Source: Fimbriimonadia bacterium
GTDB lineage: Bacteria > Armatimonadota > Fimbriimonadia > Fimbriimonadales > JABRVX01
Assembly (NCBI GenBank): GCA_041483895.1
Contig: JBGPGO010000003.1
Location: 96,001 to 160,000, forward strand
Reading direction: 5' to 3'
DNA: 64,000 nucleotides
Position 1 is the first letter of the stretch, and the number at the start of each line of letters is the position of its first letter. Position numbers and translations under genes: made by a program. Of this stretch, positions 36,140-44,268 are shown piece by piece. The notes under the pieces are model-generated. The model searched no databases. It was not told the DNA's origin and worked only from the letters and a program-made list of their open reading frames with translations.

Positions 36140-36985
36140 TTGGCAACTCGCCGCTCGATGCAGGTTGATCTGGTCTTCCCAACGCCCGAAGTGGTGCGCG
36201 ACTACTACCGCGGGTTGATCTATCTTGCCGCACGGACCTGCTACACAGAAAAATCACCACAGGAGATATGGGAGAGGTACCGGTCGGGCAAAGTGACGCC
36301 CGAAGAGTTGCTGCGCGTTGTAAACCACGTCATCGAGTCGGGCCATCACAGTACCATCGAGCACATCAACTTTACGTTCGCCATCTCAGGAGTCAGCCGC
36401 GCGCTTTCGCATCAATTGGTCCGCCATAGGATAGGGGTCGCGTTCGATCAGCAGAGCCAGCGATATGTAAAGTTCAAGTCGCCGTCCCTCGTGGAGCCGC
36501 CGAGCATTGCCGCCGACGAGGCTCTGCAAAAGCAGTTCGACGAAGTTATCGAGGCCGGGGAACGTGCCTATCAGTCGCTGCTCGACCTCGGGGCACCCGC
36601 CGAGGACGCCCGGTTCATCCTGCCCAATGCCACGACCACTAACCTGATCATGACCGTCAACCTGCGGGAGCTGATCCACATGGCGGGCCTGCGTCTTTGC
36701 GTCCTAGCGCAATGGGAAATACGGCAATTGTTCAAGCTGATCCGAAAGGAACTGCTGGCCGTTGACGACTTTTTCGGCAATATGATGGTTCCGAAATGCG
36801 TGCCGCTGGGTTCGTGCGATGAGAAGCGAAATGAAGACGGCCATTGCCGGATTCGCCCCCACAAGACACTCGTTCTCCAGGTGTTCCAAGACTACAAAGC
36901 GGGCCGGCTCCAATATGTCAACGATAGCGCCGCCGTGGAGATGCAGCAATCGCAAGAAACCGACCTTACTCCCGGCAAACAGTAA
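36140..36985 (+). CDS. thyX: FAD-dependent thymidylate synthase
   Basis: GHHSTIEH, HQLVRHR-X8-SQRY, EDARFILP, AQWEIR; AGGAG SD before TTG 36140. Confidence 0.93.
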   Translation: MATRRSMQVDLVFPTPEVVRDYYRGLIYLAARTCYTEKSPQEIWERYRSGKVTPEELLRVVNHVIESGHHSTIEHINFTFAISGVSRALSHQLVRHRIGVAFDQQSQRYVKFKSPSLVEPPSIAADEALQKQFDEVIEAGERAYQSLLDLGAPAEDARFILPNATTTNLIMTVNLRELIHMAGLRLCVLAQWEIRQLFKLIRKELLAVDDFFGNMMVPKCVPLGSCDEKRNEDGHCRIRPHKTLVLQVFQDYKAGRLQYVNDSAAVEMQQSQETDLTPGKQ

Positions 36986-37640
36986 TCGCTAGTACGGCCC
37001 GTGCGCCGGCGTCCAGCAGCGTACGCGCGCATTCCCGGAGTGTGGAACCGGATGTGTAAACGTCGTCTACGAGGAGCACGCGCTTGCCACTGACGTGCGT
37101 GGCATCCGGGACGCGAAATGCGCCGGCCACGTTGGCTTCTCGCTGGGCGACTGTGCTTCGAACCTGCGATGGGGTCTTCTTCCACCGCACCAATGCGTTC
37201 GGAATCAACGGTGCGCCAATGGAACCGGCGATCGGCGCCGCGATCAGTTCGGACTGATTGAACGTCCGATGTCGCCTGCGGGATGAGTGAATCGGGACGG
37301 GCACGACCAGATCGGCCTGATAGAGCTGCGGATATCGTTCGACACGCGATGCGGTGAGGCGTCCGAGCTCTTCGCCAAGCGCATAGAACCGCTCGTATTT
37401 GTGCCTGCGGACCGCCGCCCCCGCCGCCCCTTCATAGAGATAGGCGGACCGGCAAAACGAGATCAGCTCGCCGCAGTGCGCGCAGTCGGGGCCCGGCTTG
37501 CCACAGCGGTTGCAGACCTCGGTGGGCATTTCATACATCAGCCGGCGGCAATCGGCGCATATGGGTGGGTTTCGGAGCAGATCGCACACCCCGCACCGGG
37601 GTGGGTATATCAGGTCATATACGCCGCTAATCAGGCTCAC
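36966..37640 (-). CDS. comF: ComF family phosphoribosyltransferase-like competence protein
   Basis: YPPRCGVC zinc ribbon, VPVPIH..R...R.FNQS, VDDVYTSGST; start uncertain (GTG 37640). Confidence 0.9.
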   Translation of the reverse strand: MSLISGVYDLIYPPRCGVCDLLRNPPICADCRRLMYEMPTEVCNRCGKPGPDCAHCGELISFCRSAYLYEGAAGAAVRRHKYERFYALGEELGRLTASRVERYPQLYQADLVVPVPIHSSRRRHRTFNQSELIAAPIAGSIGAPLIPNALVRWKKTPSQVRSTVAQREANVAGAFRVPDATHVSGKRVLLVDDVYTSGSTLRECARTLLDAGARAVLAITVCRE

Positions 37641-37671
37641 GGGGATCGGTGAATTCGCATTTTGCAGTTGC

Positions 37672-37920
37672 TCACAAGGACAGGCCGCATGGAACACCTG
37701 GCAAAGGTAGATCCTCTTGTGCGGAAGCTGCGGCAAACGCAATCACGGCTTTGACCTGATCGGCGGTCAACGTTGGAAAGGAGCGCAGAATATCCTCCAC
37801 TGAATCACCATCGGCTAAGCTGGCCAGGACCGTATTCAGCGTTACGCGAGTGCCCCTGATGGTCGGCTGACCACCGCAGACATTCGGATTCTGATCGAAT
37901 AGCTGCGAACTGTCCATCAC
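37672..37920 (-). CDS. DUF433 (VapB45-like antitoxin) protein
   Basis: NPNVCGGQPTIRGTRV...LADG.SVEDIL..FPTL. Confidence 0.88.
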   Translation of the reverse strand: MMDSSQLFDQNPNVCGGQPTIRGTRVTLNTVLASLADGDSVEDILRSFPTLTADQVKAVIAFAAASAQEDLPLPGVPCGLSL

Positions 37921-37931
37921 AATGAGATTAC

Positions 37932-38441
37932 CTAATTCAACTGCTCCAACAGCGTCTTGCTGCGTTCGTCCAACTTATTCCAATCCGGGATCTCAAACCG
38001 GACACCATCGACACTGGTTATCATCCAACGGCCCGGCGACAGCTCATGCGAACTGTCCCGCCAGTGGCGAACGTAGAAGCTACAGGCCCCCCGACTCGTT
38101 TCCACGTCGAACAGCCAAAGGGTGGCGTCCTGCTTCAATTTGCTGATTTGATGAATGATCGGCGTAAAATATCGGCGCTCCAAATCCTTCTCGATCAGGG
38201 TCCGACTGGTCGCCTCGACAGCAGTCAGGGCAGGAATCAGCCCAATCTCGTCCCCGTCGGCGGAGAACGCCCCGACATAGTGATCGGCATCGGAAAATGG
38301 GTAAGCACGGGTGAAATGCACGTCCTCATGCACCTCGCGACCATCGATTGTAAGATTCAAACTGCCTTTCGCCTCATCGCCGGCAACTGTAATCGTTGCA
38401 CCATCAATCATCCGAATCGCGGGCATTCTTGAGCTAATCAT
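37932..38441 (-). CDS. DUF1854-like protein
   Basis: RAYPFSD...EIGLI...RYFTP.I...VETSRG...DVDG-like motif. Confidence 0.75.
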   Translation of the reverse strand: MISSRMPAIRMIDGATITVAGDEAKGSLNLTIDGREVHEDVHFTRAYPFSDADHYVGAFSADGDEIGLIPALTAVEATSRTLIEKDLERRYFTPIIHQISKLKQDATLWLFDVETSRGACSFYVRHWRDSSHELSPGRWMITSVDGVRFEIPDWNKLDERSKTLLEQLN

Positions 38442-38639
38442 ACGTTCGAAACTATACCGCCTGCCCGCCCATTAAATTCTCCTCATCAGCCCGCAATTTG
38501 ACCTAATCGGCCCAGCAAGCCCACCCGAAAATACAACTGGCCACGACGAGCAGGCGCGATTTGGATGGACAGCGACGTTCAATCCGGCCGGCCTGGCTGA
38601 GGCCCAATCTATCTACCCTAAGGGAGACGAAGGAAGTCT

Positions 38640-38918
38640 ATGAAGACCAAGAATACGACGACTAGCATGAATTACACCCCCGGCACGGCTCCGGTCTACA
38701 ACTGGAACGACATCAACGAGCCCGGCACCTACCTGTTTGTCGAGTGGGGCACCCTGTGCCGCGTTCCGTTTGATGGCGTTGCTGACGGCCGCAGCCCGCG
38801 AGTCACGTTCTTCAGCAACATTCCGATTCCGGTAGTTAAGCTTTCGGACGATCCGTACATTCCGATTTCCAAGGCCCGACAGCTTGCGGCCGACAACGAT
38901 CTTTGCGTCAACTTCTAA
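38640..38918 (+). CDS. Small hypothetical protein, paralog 1
   Basis: WNDINEPGTY...GTL.RVP...DPYIPISKARQLAA..DL.VNF; SD upstream. Confidence 0.85.
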   Translation: MKTKNTTTSMNYTPGTAPVYNWNDINEPGTYLFVEWGTLCRVPFDGVADGRSPRVTFFSNIPIPVVKLSDDPYIPISKARQLAADNDLCVNF

Positions 38919-38999
38919 CGAAGTAGACACGACGTTGAGGGAGAGGCCTCCAAAGCCTCTCCTTCCACCCCCAAATACCAGAACGGAGAAAGAAACAAA

Positions 39000-39272
39000 A
39001 TGGCCACGAAAAAGCACACGACGTCTTCGTACACACCCACGCTTGCGCCCCTTTGCAACTGGAACGACATCACTGAGCCCGGAACCTATGTGTTCCTCGA
39101 GTGGGGCACGCTGATCCGCGTTCCCGAGTGTGGTATTACCAGCCAGTCGCCGACCGTGACATTCTTTAGCAATATGCCGACGCAGGTCGCGCTGCTTTCG
39201 AACGATCCGTACATTCCGATTTCCAAGGCCCGTCAGCTCGCCGCTGACATGGACCTGGCTGTTAATTTCTAG
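39000..39272 (+). CDS. Small hypothetical protein, paralog 2
   Basis: Clear paralog of 38640-38918; GGAG SD; followed by a terminator. Confidence 0.85.
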   Translation: MATKKHTTSSYTPTLAPLCNWNDITEPGTYVFLEWGTLIRVPECGITSQSPTVTFFSNMPTQVALLSNDPYIPISKARQLAADMDLAVNF

Positions 39273-39306
39273 ACATACCGAGACTTTTGGCTACGAGCAG
39301 CAGAAT

Positions 39307-39340
39307 AGTTCCCGGACGTGAGTCCGGGAACTTTCTATTT
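39307..39340 (+). terminator. Rho-independent terminator
   Basis: agttcccggac-gtga-gtccgggaact followed by a T-rich tail. Confidence 0.75.
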
Positions 39341-39400
39341 GCGCACTCGCCGGACCGATGGTAAAATGAACCGGTAATTTTTTGGAAAGGAAGGCTGATC

Positions 39401-40246
39401 ATGAGATTTAGAAAATTCTCAATGCTTTGCTTTTTCATGATTGGAGCATCGCATTCATTTGCGGATGTTCTGGTCACAGATTTTGCCACTGGAGCTATCT
39501 TGCGTTATTCTGATACCGGCACGCCGCTCGGTACTTTTGCGAGTAGCGGAGCCAGCAATGGCACATCCGATGTAATGGCTGCCAATGGCGTCGTTTATGT
39601 CGCCAATCAGGTTGGCCATGTTGCTCGATATGATCTGAATGGCAACTCGCTGGGCAATCTAATTACCGGCGCCAGCGGGCCGACAGGCATGCGGTACGGG
39701 CCGGACGGCAATATTTGGATTGGGATGCAGGCCGGCGGCACGGTACGAAGGGTGACGCCCGGTGGGACCGATCTCGGCGACTTTGCAACCGGGCTTTCGC
39801 TCCCGGCGTACGCCCAGTTTTTCGCAGGTCAGGTATATGTTTCCACCAGCGTCGACGTCAGCACCTTCTCGATGGGCGGAACTCCACTCGGCAGCATCGT
39901 TGCCGGTACTTCCCGGCCGACGGGGATGGAAATTGTGGGTGGCAATCTTTACGTTGCCAACCAAAACAGCAACTCCGTGTCCATTTACAATACTTCCAAT
40001 CTACTGCTGTCCAGTTTTTCTGTGGGCCAAGCGCCGGCGGATATCATCCTGATGCCGGATGGGACGCTTCTGATTGCGGAGTACTTCGATCATGTTGTAA
40101 CTCGGTATTCGTCAACAGGAACGAACCTTGGAACATTTGCGTCCACCGAATCTCCGCTCGGGCTCGCGTACTTCGTGGTTCCGGAGCCTTCCCTCTTCGC
40201 GCCGTTCGGCGCCCTTATGATGTTTGGGCTTCGGCGACGTACGTAG
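39401..40246 (+). CDS. PEP-CTERM protein with NHL/Vgb-like beta-propeller
   Basis: Signal peptide, repeated P.G....DG..YVA and G..LGTFA units, VPEPS-TM-RRR. Confidence 0.88.
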   Translation: MRFRKFSMLCFFMIGASHSFADVLVTDFATGAILRYSDTGTPLGTFASSGASNGTSDVMAANGVVYVANQVGHVARYDLNGNSLGNLITGASGPTGMRYGPDGNIWIGMQAGGTVRRVTPGGTDLGDFATGLSLPAYAQFFAGQVYVSTSVDVSTFSMGGTPLGSIVAGTSRPTGMEIVGGNLYVANQNSNSVSIYNTSNLLLSSFSVGQAPADIILMPDGTLLIAEYFDHVVTRYSSTGTNLGTFASTESPLGLAYFVVPEPSLFAPFGALMMFGLRRRT

Positions 40247-40400
40247 TATGTTCTGAACCAGGCCGGGAGCGCGATGACCTGCATTCACTCGCTCCCGGCG
40301 ACCACCCCTAAATCGTTTTTCGCAGCCTAAATCGTTAGACGGGCGTTATACCCCCGCATGTTCAGAGGGTCCTAGAACGTCCTGAGACTGATTGTAAACC

Positions 40401-40429
40401 TGCGACTCGGTAAGGAGACCGATCGCAAC
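40401..40429. repeat. REP-like palindrome at the truncation point of paralog 3
   Basis: tgcgactcggtaaggagaccgatcgca; 24/27 identical to 42335-42361. Confidence 0.7.
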
Positions 40430-40642
40430 TGGAACGACATCAGTGAGCCCGGAACCTATCTGTTCCTTGAGTGGGGCACGCTGATCCGCGTTCCCGAGTG
40501 TGGTATTTCCAGTCAGTCGCCGACAGTGACCTTCTTTAGCAATATGCCGACGCAGGTCGCGCTGCTTTCGAACGATCCGTACATTCCGATCTCCAAGGCC
40601 CGTCAGCTCGCCGCTGACATGGACCTGGCTGTAAATTTCTAG
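40425..40642 (+). pseudogene. 5'-truncated third paralog of the 38640/39000 family
   Basis: 209/218 nt identical to 39055-39272; no in-frame ATG/GTG/TTG between the TAG at 40373 and the conserved region. Confidence 0.85.
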
Positions 40643-40675
40643 TTTGATTTAGGCTTCTGGCTATGAGCAGTAAAT

Positions 40676-40719
40676 TGGTCCCCTGACGATCGGCTTGTCA
40701 GGGGACCATCTTCGTTTCT
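40676..40719. terminator. Terminator hairpin (possibly bidirectional)
   Basis: tggtcccctgac...gtcaggggacca plus tcttcgtttc. Confidence 0.65.
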
Positions 40720-40753
40720 TATTGACGATCGCATCGTCAATTCCCAGCGGTAA

Positions 40754-41107
40754 TTATCCGCCCTTTTCACCCTTTTCGTTGTCCTCGTCCTCTTCCTTCC
40801 CTTCCTTCTTGTTGGTTGTCACTTCGACGCTGGCGATCTTGCCCGAATTGGCATCCACCATCACTTCTCGCAGCACCTTGCCTGTCTTCACCATCACGGC
40901 GTACTGCCACTTGCCCTCTTCGTTCTCGAGCTTGGTCTTGGCTACAACCTTGCCGTGGAATTTGGCCAGCGCGACCTTCTCCGCCTTGGCAATCGTGATC
41001 TTTACCTTGGGCGGCTTCGGCGCAACCTTCGCGCCTTGAGCGACTGCCGAGACCGAAAAGGCGGCGGCAACCGCGACGATCAACAATGTCCGAACGAGCT
41101 TATTCAC
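40754..41107 (-). CDS. Secreted PepSY domain protein
   Basis: Signal peptide, AEKVALAKFHGKV...LENEEGKWQY.V...EVMVDANSGKI; AAGGAG SD. Confidence 0.88.
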   Translation of the reverse strand: MNKLVRTLLIVAVAAAFSVSAVAQGAKVAPKPPKVKITIAKAEKVALAKFHGKVVAKTKLENEEGKWQYAVMVKTGKVLREVMVDANSGKIASVEVTTNKKEGKEEDEDNEKGEKGG

Positions 41108-41134
41108 TGTCAACTCCTTGGTTATGATTTCAGG

Positions 41135-42145
41135 CTACTTAGGTCCATATACGAGGATCACTGCCGTATTTGGTTCCATCGCCGGTCGCCCGGCGCCCGT
41201 CGAAGGCTTGAACGTGGCGGTGATCAGATAGACGCGATGAGTCTTCGGGTCGAGCGTCATGGTCCGGGCGCCGGTCTGAGTCGGCACCGTGCCCGCTACG
41301 GAAAAGCTGTTCTTGCCATCCTCATGGACGACTGTCAGCGTTCCATCGCGTCCGTTGGGGCTGAACGCTACGCCGAGGGCTGGATCGAAACCGCTGCCAT
41401 CGGGTCCGGAGCCTATTTCTGGGGTCGCGACCACCTTGCCGGTATCAGCGTCCACGACGGCCATCATCTTGTTCGAGCCGACCGCGAACAGCCGGCGATG
41501 GGCCTTGTCGAACGAAATGCCGGACGGTTCCTCCACCGGCGAAATTGACCAATGACTCTTTACTGTCAGTTTCTTCGCATCGATGGCCACAATCTCGCTC
41601 TTGTCCTCGATGTTGGCGAATACCATTCCCTTGCCATCCGACGCCGCGAATTCCGGCTTGCCGCCCACGGGAATAGTGCCGAGCACCTTGCCGGTCGCAG
41701 CGTCGATGGCGGTTACGTCGTTGCTGCGGCCATTGAAGGTGAATACGCGGTTGGTCGCGGAGTCGAAGAGGATTGCATCGGGATTCGTTCCAACTGGCAC
41801 GCGCTGGATCTCTTTCAGCGTCATCGTGTCGAAGATGAGGACGGTGTTTTCGCGGCCGTTGCTGGTGAAGCCGCGATGCAGTTTGGGGCAGATCGCGACG
41901 CCGTGCACGCCGGGGGTGTTGGGGATGTCCCCGACGACCTTGTCTGTTTGCGTATCGAGCACCATGACGTGGGTGCCGCGCGTGATGTATAAGTGATGAG
42001 CACTGGCGTCGAACGTCAAATCATCCCACCCGCCTTCGCCACCGATGGCGATCTTCTTGATTTGATGGTAGACCGGCTTCGTCGGCACGTTGCCAAATGC
42101 GCACAGTACGATGAAACTGGTGAGTAGCCAGAGCGGCTTTTTCAT
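41135..42145 (-). CDS. YncE/YVTN-type beta-propeller protein
   Basis: GGEGGWDDL.FD, TPGVHGVA, GTNPDAI, GGKPEF, GARTMTLD; signal peptide. Confidence 0.9.
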   Translation of the reverse strand: MKKPLWLLTSFIVLCAFGNVPTKPVYHQIKKIAIGGEGGWDDLTFDASAHHLYITRGTHVMVLDTQTDKVVGDIPNTPGVHGVAICPKLHRGFTSNGRENTVLIFDTMTLKEIQRVPVGTNPDAILFDSATNRVFTFNGRSNDVTAIDAATGKVLGTIPVGGKPEFAASDGKGMVFANIEDKSEIVAIDAKKLTVKSHWSISPVEEPSGISFDKAHRRLFAVGSNKMMAVVDADTGKVVATPEIGSGPDGSGFDPALGVAFSPNGRDGTLTVVHEDGKNSFSVAGTVPTQTGARTMTLDPKTHRVYLITATFKPSTGAGRPAMEPNTAVILVYGPK

Positions 42146-42209
42146 TGCGGGCCCTCCAATCGGTTGTCTGCCTTCAATGATACCAGGGGCGCTGGTAGGC
42201 GGCTTCCTC

Positions 42210-42265
42210 GTAGCCGTGGGTCGGATTGCAGCCATCCGCCCATGGACCGACAACTTAGACCCACG
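42210..42265 (+). repeat. GTAG REP-like element with variable core (copy 2)
   Basis: gtagccgtgggtcggattg...agacccacg, as at 17428. Confidence 0.7.
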
Positions 42266-42296
42266 TGGGAGGCCATCGGTCGGGATCACGCGCTGC

Positions 42297-42389
42297 CGGT
42301 CGGGAGACCTGAGTATCACTTGCGACGTATCACTTGCGACTCGGTCGGGAGACCGGTCGCATCGAAAGCCGGCTGGAAGCCAGCGTTAC
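42297..42389. repeat. Composite REP-like cluster
   Basis: cggtcgggagacc x2, gtatcacttgcgac x2 in tandem, and gccggctggaagccagcgttac (42368-42389). Confidence 0.7.
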
Positions 42390-43210
42390 GGGATGGAGAG
42401 GAGGACCTGCTGGTTCTTCATGTCCCACGTCGCGATGTAGCGGTTGAAGAAGGACTGCCCCAAGTTCTGCCACCCCGGTCGCTGAGAGATGAAAACCTGC
42501 AGGTTGCCGGTCTTCAATCCATCCAATTCCAGCGCCACAGACGGACCAACTTGGTACTTGGTTGCGCCGTTCGCCTGCACCGGCCCTATTGCGTTAAGTC
42601 CAAGTTTATGCGCCATATCTTTATCAAAGAACACGTCCCCGAGCCCCGTGCTCGCGATCAGCTCGCACGACTTGCCCCCAATCGATCCCTTCAGCACAAT
42701 CCCGCGCTTGGGGTCCACGGAGAAACCAATCTTGGTCCCCGGCCGGTCCGGCAGCGGGCTGTCGCGCGGAACCAGTGAAAGGCTCGTCTTGAACGGGTCC
42801 ACCGTCCACATGTAACTGGAGAGGAACTTCAGCCCGACAAAGCCGTCCAGGTTGCACATCTTCTCCATGTCCGCATCCGCGATGATCAGCCCCGGACCCA
42901 AAACCCCCACGAAATCCCCCGCCGCGATCTTGGCGGCCTGGAACCACTTGCCGTTCACCTTTCCACCTGCCCAATCAAATGAGACCGAAGCGCCCGACGA
43001 AATCGAAGCCTCCTCCGCGGCAGACTCCGTGATCACCGCGTAGTCCACCGCCGTATCCAGTCCCAGTCGGAAATGGCCCTTGCCGTTCAGCGTGGCCGTC
43101 ATCGCAAACAGCCGGTTGTCGGACGCGGCAGACTTCTTCCCGCTCCAGGCCTCCAGCGGCATGTCCGCCAGCGCCCCGTGCGCCAACGCCAACAAGAGAA
43201 ATCCAATCAT
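42386..43210 (-). CDS. Secreted retropepsin-like (tandem aspartyl protease domain) protein
   Basis: Signal peptide; LGLDTAV...DGFVGLKFL and LIASTG...NLGQSFF. Confidence 0.65.
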   Translation of the reverse strand: MIGFLLLALAHGALADMPLEAWSGKKSAASDNRLFAMTATLNGKGHFRLGLDTAVDYAVITESAAEEASISSGASVSFDWAGGKVNGKWFQAAKIAAGDFVGVLGPGLIIADADMEKMCNLDGFVGLKFLSSYMWTVDPFKTSLSLVPRDSPLPDRPGTKIGFSVDPKRGIVLKGSIGGKSCELIASTGLGDVFFDKDMAHKLGLNAIGPVQANGATKYQVGPSVALELDGLKTGNLQVFISQRPGWQNLGQSFFNRYIATWDMKNQQVLLSIP

Positions 43211-44265
43211 CTCGACTGCCTCATTGCTTCCATAAAGTACACGTAGGTCTTCTGCGTCAGGATCTTGGCGAATTCAGATTCCTGGCCTTTGTCGGCAATC
43301 TCCTTCGCCGCGGCCAAAGCAAGAGCCGCCTCTTCCCCTTTTCCGTTGGAATGGAAAAGAAGCGCCAGGTCCCGCAGACGCCGCTCGTATGCCGCCGCTA
43401 CCTTAGGCTCGAACAGCTCCGCCGCCGCCTGCTGAACAATCCCTGACAGCCGCGCGTCCCGAACATCTTCGGCAACCTCGACTTCGCTCTTCGATGCCTC
43501 CATGAGCGAGCGGATCATCGGCTTTAGAACCGGCATCTCGTACATCCAACCGCGTGTTTGGGGCAGAACCAGCGCCATGCCTATTGGATGATCTTCGGCG
43601 GGCGCAGGGTACTCCAGCGAATTGGCCGGATGGGGAACGGTGGTGGTAGGCGATGGCAAGACCGCCGCCCAGTACGCCATGGTGTTGGGCACGCGATTGC
43701 CCCGGTCCCGCGTCTCCTGAACCGACTGTGCCACCCGCCATTTGACATAGTCCGGGTCGCACTCCGCAAAAAGAATGCTCTCCGTGTACTTGCCTTGCAC
43801 GCTCTCGATGGCGTCCGGCAACTCATGCACGGAAACGCGGTCCTCGACCACATCGACAATTCCTTCGTTCTCTTTGAGGAACGCGTCGAGCAGGCGGTAG
43901 TTGAGCCCATCGTCGGGCCGGGCAAGCAGCACGCGGCACGTGCCGGTGCCGTCCGTGCTGGACAGCCAAGCCTGCCAGGTGAGCACCAACGGTTCCGCCG
44001 ATTCTTCGATTGCCACCGCCGCACCGACGCCTTGCTGGGAAAGAAGAAACAACCCTTTTCGCAGCAAGCGCCGGATCGGCTTGTCCAAACCCGAATCGTC
44101 AACCAAAACCGTCAGCGCGGAATGAAGCTCCTTGGCGCTTGTCTCGTTCGCCTTCGCTTCGTCCAGATACCATTTGAGCAGGCCGGACGCATCCTCTTCG
44201 GAACCTTCCAAAAACCGGGTGCGCAGCTCCTGTGCCATAGGTGAAAGCATCATCGTTTGATCCAT
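43207..44265 (-). CDS. Conserved hypothetical protein
   Basis: 352-aa ORF coupled to its neighbours; DKPIRRLLRKGLFLLSQQGV and WLSSTDGTG motifs. Confidence 0.7.
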   Translation of the reverse strand: MDQTMMLSPMAQELRTRFLEGSEEDASGLLKWYLDEAKANETSAKELHSALTVLVDDSGLDKPIRRLLRKGLFLLSQQGVGAAVAIEESAEPLVLTWQAWLSSTDGTGTCRVLLARPDDGLNYRLLDAFLKENEGIVDVVEDRVSVHELPDAIESVQGKYTESILFAECDPDYVKWRVAQSVQETRDRGNRVPNTMAYWAAVLPSPTTTVPHPANSLEYPAPAEDHPIGMALVLPQTRGWMYEMPVLKPMIRSLMEASKSEVEVAEDVRDARLSGIVQQAAAELFEPKVAAAYERRLRDLALLFHSNGKGEEAALALAAAKEIADKGQESEFAKILTQKTYVYFMEAMRQSR

Positions 44266-44268
44266 ACT

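Noticed and set aside
39055..40642. DGR template/variable repeat pair
   Set aside because: The 9 mismatches are not adenine-specific, are mostly synonymous, and no reverse transcriptase is in the window
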